From: a virus
Length of the DNA: 42,222 nt
Virus record (IMG/VR): IMGVR_UViG_3300039008_000002
Location: 1 to 42,222 of that record
Reading direction: 5' to 3' (one strand)
Part shown: in pieces, positions 16,045 to 23,093 of the stretch
Position numbering within the stretch: position 1 is the first letter of the stretch
How the letters are laid out: every line of letters begins with the position of its first letter
Notes under the pieces: model-generated
Database searches by the model: none
Seen by the model: the letters and a program-made list of their open reading frames with translations, nothing else
Told to the model about the DNA's origin: nothing
Program-made: the position numbers and the translations under genes

Positions 16045-18690
16045 GGCGAAAAAGAAGTCCGACGAACGCACCTCTTCGAGATCGAGGTCGCCCTTCGCCG
16101 GGACACTGGGTACTTTCTTCTCGTCGGCCTCATCCACCTGCCGCAGGATTTGCTGACGGAAGTCGTCCAGCACGTCCAGCTCGGAGTAGAGGTTGACGAA
16201 TGCTTCACGCAGGCAAGCAGCCAACAGGTTACTGTCGGCGGCATGAGTGCCGAAGCTGTCGTGGATCATGGCAAAGCTGTCGATGCCATTCTCCGTGGCG
16301 TAGCACACGCTCATCATGAGGTGCGTTGCGTCCATCGAGTGGACGAAGTTGGGGCTGATGGCATTGGCCATACGCCGACGGTCAATGGTGTCCTGCTCGG
16401 ACGACAGCGACAGCCTGATGGTGGTCTCACCGAGCTTCGTCTTCACACGGCGGGACTTGTGGTTCTTGTACTGCTGCATGACACGGAAGCCGGTCGGTGT
16501 TGTCCAGTACACAGGCAGCTGCTCTGCTGCTACGACCTTCGCACACTTCTGGAGCCAGTCCATGGCAGCACGAGCTGCGATCACGACCTCACCAATGGCG
16601 TCCCAGATCAGGGCCGACATGTACTGCGTGGCCTTGAAGGTCTTGTCCTTCGTCCACGGCATGGTGAAGCCAGACGACAGCTGGTCACGGAGCCATTCCT
16701 CGGTGTACTCCCGGCAGCTGTACTGCGTGGAGCCGTAAGGCAGGGTCATGACCTGACGCTTGGTTGTCTTACGCGACGGCTGCAGCGACAGCCAGCCCAA
16801 GGCATAGACCTCCTCATCTGAAAGTCCCTTAGCTTCAGCTAGTTCAGCTATAGCTACAGCTGAAGAGTGGTTTTTCAGCGAGGAGTTATTCGTCTCTTCG
16901 GAAATAGCTTTAGCTATGGTGGTCCCTAATTCCCCAGCAGCCAGCTTGAGCTTGTCCATCACCTTGTCACAGACCCGTTGATAGATGTCCTCAGGGGTCT
17001 CAGCAGGCAGCAGGTTCACTGCCCGTCCACCCACGCTATCAAGCAGCATGGCCGAGAAGTGCTGGATGCCCGAGCAGCTGCCGTCGAGAGCAACAGCGAT
17101 GCGGGACATGTAGCCATAGCCCTGCTCCACGAACTCTGCCCACTCGAAGCAGAACGCGAGGAACTGCCACGGCTTGTCGGCATCGTGCCAGAAGCGACAG
17201 CCGAACGGATCGTTGGCGCACATGATGATCTCCTGCTCGTGGTCTTCAACCCAGCCGATGCGGTCCTCAAGCGAGGCCTTGTCGTAGCCGAACACGTTGG
17301 AGCCGTGGATGGCCAACCAGCCTGCGCCCACGCCGTCCTCGATAGGCTTGGCATCGGCGAACTCAAGCAGGCCCTTGGTCACGTCGTTGCCCTGCGGGTT
17401 GAACGAGGGGATGGCATACACCCGACCACGGAAGTCCAGCTGGTACGGGAAGTAGATCGCCTCAGCTTCGGCCAGCATGTCAGCCACCTTGATGGTCTTG
17501 GCGAGAGACAGACGCTTCGACCGGAGCGACACGTTGCCAGCATGTGCAGCGTACGCACGTTGCTTCCACTCACGCAGCACGTCCTCATCCTCGAAGCAAT
17601 CGTGGTCAGTGGAGCCACGGGTGTTCAGCTTAGGCAGGTCGATGGGTGCCGAGCAGCAGGGGCATGCCACATAGGCGGTGTCGTCCCGTGCCGGGAGCTT
17701 GGCCACGTCCTGACCACGTTCCCACAGCTCGACGAGGGTCTCCCGCACACGCGGGTTGATGCGCCAGCGGGTGGACTGCAGCGCGTTGATGGACTGGTAG
17801 ACCATGGGCATGTCCTCTGCGTGGTCGGCCAGCTCGGTGAGGTAGTTCCGGTTGCCGGTCTTGACCATGTTGTTTCGGGACTGCGCATCCTGGGTAAGGT
17901 AGCCACCGTTGTACGGGTCCGTCCAATCGAGAGGCTTCACGATCATCGGCATGTAGGCAGGCGACAGCAGCTCAGTGCGGGCAACCTCCTTCTCGATCCA
18001 CTCGACCAGCTTGGTGGTGGGCTGCAGTACCTTGACGGTATCGCGGCGGGTGTTCACCTCGTCAGCCACCTCGATCAGCCCGGTCTGGGTGATCATGTTG
18101 ACCAATGCCGAACCCACCTGCAGGCAGTCGTCCTCAGGCCATGCGTTCCACTCGGTCTCGTTGAAGCGGCGGTCATAGCCAGCCATGGTAGCCTTGCGGC
18201 GGTGGTAGGCGGTGGCCTTCCCTGCCCGGTCCAATGCCCGGTCATACATCTTGCCCTCGTTCTCCTTGAACTGAGCGAAGCGGACCTCGTCTTCGATGCG
18301 CTTGCCGATGTTGACACACACACGCTGCATCAGCTGCTTCTTGCCGGTCAGGCTGTCCACGACCACACGCATAGCGATGAACCCGGCCACGTCAGGCTCG
18401 ACCTGTTCGAGGTACTTGATGGCGACGTGACGGCGACCAGCCTTGGCTTTGCCTTGAGTGATGAAGCCGGTGATTGCCTCGGCCAGCTTGTCGATGGACA
18501 TGGCGACCAGCGTCTTACCGTAGCCGGTGCCGCTCTCGTTCCCGCGCTGACGTGCAGCCTCGATCTGCTTCCTGATCTGGTCACGGCCAATGCTGACCAT
18601 GCGTTCTTCCAGTGCGATCTCAGCGGCCAGCATTTCATCTCCATATGTTGCGGACAGCTCGTTGATCGGGCGGCGAAGGGTGGTTTCCAT
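16042..18690 (-). CDS. Single-subunit DNA-directed RNA polymerase (T7 gp1-like)
   Basis: 882 aa. Contains ALDGSCSGIQHFSAMLLDSVGGRAVNLLP, MIHDSFGTHAADS, ISPNFVHSMDATH and a C-terminal SSDFFFA (T7 has DFAFA). Confidence 0.97.
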   Translation of the reverse strand: METTLRRPINELSATYGDEMLAAEIALEERMVSIGRDQIRKQIEAARQRGNESGTGYGKTLVAMSIDKLAEAITGFITQGKAKAGRRHVAIKYLEQVEPDVAGFIAMRVVVDSLTGKKQLMQRVCVNIGKRIEDEVRFAQFKENEGKMYDRALDRAGKATAYHRRKATMAGYDRRFNETEWNAWPEDDCLQVGSALVNMITQTGLIEVADEVNTRRDTVKVLQPTTKLVEWIEKEVARTELLSPAYMPMIVKPLDWTDPYNGGYLTQDAQSRNNMVKTGNRNYLTELADHAEDMPMVYQSINALQSTRWRINPRVRETLVELWERGQDVAKLPARDDTAYVACPCCSAPIDLPKLNTRGSTDHDCFEDEDVLREWKQRAYAAHAGNVSLRSKRLSLAKTIKVADMLAEAEAIYFPYQLDFRGRVYAIPSFNPQGNDVTKGLLEFADAKPIEDGVGAGWLAIHGSNVFGYDKASLEDRIGWVEDHEQEIIMCANDPFGCRFWHDADKPWQFLAFCFEWAEFVEQGYGYMSRIAVALDGSCSGIQHFSAMLLDSVGGRAVNLLPAETPEDIYQRVCDKVMDKLKLAAGELGTTIAKAISEETNNSSLKNHSSAVAIAELAEAKGLSDEEVYALGWLSLQPSRKTTKRQVMTLPYGSTQYSCREYTEEWLRDQLSSGFTMPWTKDKTFKATQYMSALIWDAIGEVVIAARAAMDWLQKCAKVVAAEQLPVYWTTPTGFRVMQQYKNHKSRRVKTKLGETTIRLSLSSEQDTIDRRRMANAISPNFVHSMDATHLMMSVCYATENGIDSFAMIHDSFGTHAADSNLLAACLREAFVNLYSELDVLDDFRQQILRQVDEADEKKVPSVPAKGDLDLEEVRSSDFFFA
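16843..16864. promoter_or_regulatory. 22-bp near-palindrome (20/22) inside the RNAP ORF, ~55 nt downstream of the internal promoter
   Basis: Plus strand ttcagctatagctacagctgaa against its reverse complement ttcagctgtagctatagctgaa. Confidence 0.4.
16916..16931 (-). promoter_or_regulatory. Phage-RNAP promoter core inside the RNAP ORF
   Basis: Minus strand GGGGAATTAGGGACCACCATAGCTAAAGC, read in frame as GELGTTIAKA. The 16-nt core matches perfectly. Confidence 0.6.
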
Positions 18691-18705
18691 GGGTGCAATT
18701 CCTCG

Positions 18706-18718
18706 TGTTGCGGCAACA
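18706..18718. promoter_or_regulatory. Perfect 13-bp palindrome TGTTGC-G-GCAACA, 2 nt upstream of the RNAP Shine-Dalgarno
   Basis: Plus strand tgttgcggcaaca. Adjacent inverted repeat GCAACAG-TTGTTG-CTGTTGC at 18713-18732. Operator-like. Confidence 0.5.
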
Positions 18719-18766
18719 GTTGTTGCTGTTGCACATCATCTAATGCCACCCTGCATAGGTGGCGCG

Positions 18767-18797
18767 AAAAGAAAAACCCAACGCCTAAGCGTCAGGT
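18767..18797 (-). terminator. Intrinsic terminator between tRNA-Leu and the RNAP gene
   Basis: Minus strand ACCTGACGC-TTAG-GCGTTGGGT-TTTTCTTTTCG. 9-bp stem, tetraloop and U-run. Its last nt lies 76 nt upstream of the RNAP ATG. Confidence 0.7.
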
Positions 18798-19071
18798 TTT
18801 ACTGATGTTTCAGGGAGTGATGCCAGTGTGCATTGGCGGCGGACGAGAACCTAAATCTAATTCAGCCGCTTCTTCAAACCTGTAAGCTATTGATTTCTCA
18901 ACAACTTCTTCTCACTCCTACGTTGCAAACACTGCCTGTTTCGGCAACATCTGCAACAGCTTCTGCAACAAAATCCCAAGAGGGAAACTGCTGCGTTCCG
19001 CAGGTAGACACACGTCCATTGGCGCATCTACCAAATCTACCAGACACCCATCGTGTTGCCGATGTTGCGGC

Positions 19072-19156
19072 TGGTGCGGGCGGAGGGACTTGAACCCCCA
19101 CGCCTTGCGGCGGCTGGACCTAAACCAACTGCGTCTACCAATTTCGCCACGCCCGC
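19072..19156 (-). tRNA. tRNA-Leu, anticodon UAG, class II (long variable arm), CCA encoded
   Basis: Minus strand GCGGGCG-TG-GCGA-AATTGGTAGA-CGC-A-GTTGG-TTTAGGT-CCAGC-CGCCGCAAGGCGT-GGGGG-TTCAAGT-CCCTC-CGCCCGC-ACCA. Perfect 7-bp acceptor stem, 5-bp anticodon stem (one G-U), variable-arm hairpin CGCC/GGCG. Confidence 0.9.
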
Positions 19157-19218
19157 ATCGAGGCGAGGTGATAGCGCGGTCGCATGGTGTTGGCAAGTGT
19201 GCATCGGACGCCGGAGTA

Positions 19219-19234
19219 ATGGTGGTCCCTAATT
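19219..19234 (-). promoter_or_regulatory. Phage-RNAP promoter core upstream of tRNA-Leu
   Basis: Minus strand GAGAATTAGGGACCACCATTACTCC. Lies ~60 nt upstream of the tRNA 5' end and overlaps the stop codon of the 68-aa gene. Confidence 0.75.
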
Positions 19235-19435
19235 CTCCAGAGCGTAATCAACAGCCCTCTTCCGTGCTGCCCAGCCTGCGTTGAAGGCGTCACGGGCTTG
19301 CTGTTCCCAGCAATCGCCCCGCAGAGGGCCGTTGGTCTGTGCTGTTCGCCACGTGGCGAACGCGGCGTCCCGTTTCTCGTACTGCCCGGTCGGCACCACA
19401 CCGTGCGGGATTTCGTCAGTGTATTGGTAAGCCAT
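19229..19435 (-). CDS. Hypothetical protein (68 aa) downstream of int
   Basis: AAGGA RBS. Its last codon and stop (AAT TAG) are supplied by the promoter at 19219-19234. Confidence 0.5.
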   Translation of the reverse strand: MAYQYTDEIPHGVVPTGQYEKRDAAFATWRTAQTNGPLRGDCWEQQARDAFNAGWAARKRAVDYALEN

Positions 19436-19438
19436 CTC

Positions 19439-20476
19439 TTATCCTTCCAATGCTTTGACTGCGTTCATCAGGTCCTGCGGATACAGGTGCGAGTAACGCA
19501 TGGTGGTTGCGATGTTCGAGTGCCCGAGCCAAGCCTGCACGACAGGCAGGGAGACACCCTTCTGCACCAGCCGCGAGGCTGTGGTGTGACGGCAGACGTG
19601 GAGCGTGAAGTCCTTGTCCTCGGTCAGGTTCATGTGGGCACGTGCCTTGTCCCAAGCGTGGCGCATCTCTGCCTCACCCAGGTTGAAGCACCTGCTTCCC
19701 ATGGTGCGACGTTCCATGATGGACGCCACGCGCTTGGTCATAGGCACCGACCTGATCTTGCCGTTCTTCGTACCCTTGCCTTCCTTCCCGTAGACCATGA
19801 TCACACCAGTGGTGAGGTCCACGTCTGTCGGGCGCAGGTTGAGCAGCTCACCCCGACGCATGCCGGTGTCGATCAAGACCATCACGGCCTCGCCCATGTC
19901 GTCAGCCCCGACGTTGAAGAACCACGTGAGCAGCACGTCTTCTTCCTGCCTGCTGATCTGGCGGATGCGACCGACCGGCTCCTTGCGCTGTCGTGGCAGC
20001 TTGAGCGGGACCTCAAGACCACCGTAGTCGTACGCCACCTTGGCCATCTTCGAGAGAGCCGACCGCTTCCTGTTGATGGTGCTGTCGCTGTTCCCTCGGG
20101 TCTCGCAGTCATGCAACCATGCATCAATCCGGTCACGAGAAAGCTCTGCCAACTTGGTGTTGGGTCCGAAGAATGTGATCGCGTCCTGTGCGTTGAGCGT
20201 GGCCTGCTTCTCGTAGCTGATGCCTCGCCACCCCTCAGGCTTGGGCAGGGACAGCAGCTTGTCGAGCGCCTGCTGTAGCGTCCAGCCTACGGCATTGGCC
20301 CGCACCTGTCGGACCTCCTTGCCTGTCTCAAGCGCCTGCTGCAGCTCATCCTTGCGGGTCATGGCCTCGACCAGCGAGGCACAGGTGGCTGTCTTGCGCT
20401 TGCCGTTCACCGTCACATCGACGAAGAACTTCTCGCCGCGCATGCGGATGCCTCGTGGTAGGTTCAATGCGTTCAT
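19439..20476 (-). CDS. int: Tyrosine recombinase / phage integrase
   Basis: 345 aa. Catalytic-type signature: RRGELLNLRPTDVDL (Arg), HVCRHTTASRL (HxxR), WLGHSNIATTMRYSHL (His...Tyr). Confidence 0.9.
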   Translation of the reverse strand: MNALNLPRGIRMRGEKFFVDVTVNGKRKTATCASLVEAMTRKDELQQALETGKEVRQVRANAVGWTLQQALDKLLSLPKPEGWRGISYEKQATLNAQDAITFFGPNTKLAELSRDRIDAWLHDCETRGNSDSTINRKRSALSKMAKVAYDYGGLEVPLKLPRQRKEPVGRIRQISRQEEDVLLTWFFNVGADDMGEAVMVLIDTGMRRGELLNLRPTDVDLTTGVIMVYGKEGKGTKNGKIRSVPMTKRVASIMERRTMGSRCFNLGEAEMRHAWDKARAHMNLTEDKDFTLHVCRHTTASRLVQKGVSLPVVQAWLGHSNIATTMRYSHLYPQDLMNAVKALEG

Positions 20477-20488
20477 GTCTTATCCCTT

Positions 20489-20824
20489 TCACTCCATCAG
20501 TTGTTCGATCTCAGCCAGCACGGTTGCTCCTTTCTTGGTCAGCTGGCAGCGGACCCGGCGTGGGTCCTCGTGGTCAGGCACCATCTCGATCCAGTCGAGC
20601 GGATGCTTATGTCCCCGCAATGGCTTCTCGCCCAAGTGAGCGAGGATGCGGGCGACGGTGGATTGGTTGAGACCTGTTGATGTCACGATGTCTCGAACCA
20701 GTACGCCTTCCCGTGCCCCCTTACGTGCCACGATGAGCAGCACTTGGAGCCGGGTCAGGGTCATCTCCCTGTCGTACTTGAGAAGGTGTGTACTAACCCT
20801 CAGTAAATTCGCAGTTCCTTTCAT
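20489..20824 (-). CDS. MarR-family winged-helix transcriptional regulator (candidate repressor)
   Basis: Start MKGTANLL with an AAGGAGAGG RBS. LTRLQVLLIVARKG...VLVRDIVTSTGLNQSTVARILAHLGEKPL...DPRRVRCQLTKKG is a typical MarR wHTH plus wing. Confidence 0.7.
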   Translation of the reverse strand: MKGTANLLRVSTHLLKYDREMTLTRLQVLLIVARKGAREGVLVRDIVTSTGLNQSTVARILAHLGEKPLRGHKHPLDWIEMVPDHEDPRRVRCQLTKKGATVLAEIEQLME

Positions 20825-20855
20825 TGATCCTCTCCTTTTTCCTTCCTGCTGCACT

Positions 20856-20985
20856 GGTAACGTACAATGCCAATCTGCCTAGATCGAGGCAAATCTCCTC
20901 CCGGCCTGTACATGTGATAGCAGGACGCTTCCATGCAAGGAAGCGAATATAAGTTACCGTAACGTCAAGCATCCCCGGTAACGTG
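20856..20985. promoter_or_regulatory. Three CGTTAC-containing sites upstream of the MarR gene (candidate operators)
   Basis: GGTAACGTAC (20856-20865), the palindrome-containing GTTACCGTAACGTC (20953-20966, GTTAC-C-GTAAC) and GGTAACGTG (20977-20985). A CTTGAC box overlaps the middle site on the minus strand. Confidence 0.35.
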
Positions 20986-21139
20986 AGTGGTCGCCACGCT
21001 TTCATTCGTTATTGTTTCCTTCACCAGCAGCTAGTGGTGCTGCTCCTGTTGCGCGTTTTGTGAGTGTGTCCTGACCCGTCTGCCTACTTTTTGTGCAGAG
21101 TGTGAACACTAGGTGACGGGTCAATACTAGACCAATCGG

Positions 21140-21292
21140 TCAGCTTTCAAGGGCAATCTGGGAGAGTATCTGCCTGACCCGACGTGCGCCTACGTAATGC
21201 CGCTTTTCGCCTCTGATCCGCCGCGCTCGTGCCAGTTTCCTGACATGGTTCTCAACTGCGGGTGGTGTTGCCTTCCTGTAGATGCCAGCCAT
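21140..21292 (-). CDS. Small basic 50-aa protein, hypothetical
   Basis: Internal ATG (MAGIYRKATPP...) with GGGGGAG upstream. Arg-rich. It is the last gene before the MarR control region. Confidence 0.4.
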   Translation of the reverse strand: MAGIYRKATPPAVENHVRKLARARRIRGEKRHYVGARRVRQILSQIALES

Positions 21293-21297
21293 GGTAA

Positions 21298-21801
21298 TCA
21301 CTCCCCCAGACGTTCGCGCAGCAGGCATAGCGGGTATGCGTTGACGGCATAAATACCCTCGGCTTCCAGCACAGACGGTGCGTCCACCTTGACGACCTCG
21401 ATCCCCCTCTCGTTCGCCCGGTGCTTACACCAGAAGCCATCCCGCAGTGTGGCCTCGGGGTCCCACAGGTCAGCCTGCAGTGCCCACGGGTTGTAGCGGG
21501 CGAGGTAGCCCAGCACGGTCTCGTAGTCCTGCGGGCAGCGGCTGATGTACTCCATGCGTGTCGCGTCGGTGACGGTGTCGCACTCGACCCAATCGGAGCT
21601 GTCCACATCCTGGGTATCGTCCTCTTCCAGCGCCTCGGTGATCCATGCCATGCAGGTGGTGATCTCATCCCACTGGCGGTCGTAGTCGCGGTCCCCCTCG
21701 GGCAGTAGGTCCTCGCGGACAGCGCCAAGCGCCTGCCAAATGACCTCAAGGGCCTGCGTGGTGTCGAAGCTCGTGGCTCGTGCGGTGATGATCTGGTTCA
21801 T
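21298..21801 (-). CDS. Strongly acidic 167-aa early protein, hypothetical
   Basis: Internal start MNQIITARA. By my count ~33 Asp+Glu against ~14 Arg+Lys. Confidence 0.55.
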   Translation of the reverse strand: MNQIITARATSFDTTQALEVIWQALGAVREDLLPEGDRDYDRQWDEITTCMAWITEALEEDDTQDVDSSDWVECDTVTDATRMEYISRCPQDYETVLGYLARYNPWALQADLWDPEATLRDGFWCKHRANERGIEVVKVDAPSVLEAEGIYAVNAYPLCLLRERLGE

Positions 21802-21811
21802 GTGTTCTCTC

Positions 21812-22492
21812 CTATGCTGCGATTGCGTTGAGCTGTTGCGAGGCGTAGCTGCCCCACTGCTTGGCCATGGCCTTTGCCATGCCGGGGAAGAAGCGGCTGC
21901 GTTCGGTGGCGCGATCCTCGCCCGGTGTCGCGAAGTGGACGCTGTTGCGGGCTGTGGTCCCATCGACCTTGCCGGTCGGCACCAGCTTGGGCAGACCACG
22001 GCACCAGAAGCCGGTGCGTTTCTTCTCGTTGTCGATGCTGTCCTCGGTCTCGGCGAACTGCCACGGCTGGACGTAGAAGGGCTTCACGTCGCCGAAGTTG
22101 ATGCGTTCCTTGGCGTACTTGTGCATGACCGGGTTCTCGACCGCGACGAAGGGCACGGCGTCGGTGTTCAGGCAGTAGTCGAACAGGGCAGCGCCCTCGT
22201 CCAGCTCGGCCCACATCTCGTCCAACGTCCGACCGGGCGGCGGCACCTTGAGCCAGCGCACACCGCTGTTGCAGAGGCGGGTGCAGGGCGGGTGCATCAC
22301 GAACAGCATGTCCCACTCGCCGTAGACCAGCGGGTTCTCAAGGACCTCCTGCACGGTGGCCTGAATGTGGTAATTGCTGCGGGTCTCATCGGGTTTGATG
22401 TCGCAGCTGTGGGCGTCGTGTCCCTCGGCTCTCAGGGCATCACGGACGGTGCCGCTGCATTCGCAAGCGACAAGGATGCGAAGTGGTCGCAT
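21812..22492 (-). CDS. Mini C5-cytosine-methyltransferase-like protein (226 aa)
   Basis: AGGAGAG RBS. RILVACECSGTV (motif I-like), MHPPCTRLCNSG (same spacing as the motif IV FPCQAFSISG), FVAVENPV (motif VI ENV-like), C-terminal RSRFFPGMAKAMAKQW (motif X-like). Only ~55 aa remain where a target-recognition domain would sit. Confidence 0.45.
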   Translation of the reverse strand: MRPLRILVACECSGTVRDALRAEGHDAHSCDIKPDETRSNYHIQATVQEVLENPLVYGEWDMLFVMHPPCTRLCNSGVRWLKVPPPGRTLDEMWAELDEGAALFDYCLNTDAVPFVAVENPVMHKYAKERINFGDVKPFYVQPWQFAETEDSIDNEKKRTGFWCRGLPKLVPTGKVDGTTARNSVHFATPGEDRATERSRFFPGMAKAMAKQWGSYASQQLNAIAA

Positions 22493-22569
22493 TGGTTCTC
22501 TCCTGTGTTGTGTGGAAGCTCATGCTTGGCGCATGGGATGCAGCCCCCGAGAGGGCTGACACCGATACG

Positions 22570-22914
22570 TCAGGCGCAGAGGCCGTGTGCTTCGACGATC
22601 AGCGGCTCGGCCTGCTCGGCCACCACGATCAGACCCCAGCCGGGACGGTACGTCAGGGTCACGTGTTCAGCCTTGCCAAGGTCGCCCAGAGTGGCCCCGA
22701 CAATGTCCACGATAGGACGCCCCGGCTTGCCTGCGATCTTGCGCTTGCCGTCGTCGCTGCGCTGGATCAGGAAGCCCCCGTTGATGGGCACGAGGTCCCA
22801 ATGGTTGCCGTGGTCAAGCCCTGCCTCGACCAGCAGCTTGCCCTCGATCCACAGGCGCGGTTTGCCTCGGTTCTGGCCGATCTTGCGGGTGGCGGTTTTG
22901 GTGGTGTTGGTCAT
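22570..22914 (-). CDS. AbrB/SpoVT/SymE-fold-like protein, apparently two tandem half-domains
   Basis: KPRLWIEGKLLVEAGLDHGNHWDLVPINGGFLIQR resembles the SymE/AbrB swapped-hairpin motif. A second similar unit is RPIVDIVGATLGDLGKAEHVTLTYRPGWGLIVVAE. Confidence 0.45.
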   Translation of the reverse strand: MTNTTKTATRKIGQNRGKPRLWIEGKLLVEAGLDHGNHWDLVPINGGFLIQRSDDGKRKIAGKPGRPIVDIVGATLGDLGKAEHVTLTYRPGWGLIVVAEQAEPLIVEAHGLCA

Positions 22915-22983
22915 GGGTTTTCCTTTCGTTTGGGCTTGAGTTTGTTCAGGTCCCGGTCGGACCAGTCGTCACAGGGATCACAG

Positions 22984-23091
22984 GTCAGCATCTGCGAAGA
23001 CCCATGCGGCAGCGGTTGCGAAGACCACGCAGGCAAGGACGCCAAAGCCGTGGTCATGGAAGACGAATGTCAGGAAGCCGTGCAGCGTCAT
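22984..23091 (-). CDS. 35-aa hydrophobic peptide ORF (below the track cutoff)
   Basis: MTLHGFLTFVFHDHGFGVLACVVFATAAAWVFADADL. The ATG lies 2 nt after the upstream stop. Confidence 0.3.
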
Positions 23092-23093
23092 GG

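Noticed and set aside
18918-19401. Track ORFs overlapping the tRNA-Leu and its promoter (18898-19101, 18918-19196, 19135-19401)
   Set aside because: They run through a well-formed tRNA cloverleaf and a promoter, have no RBS, and have biased composition.
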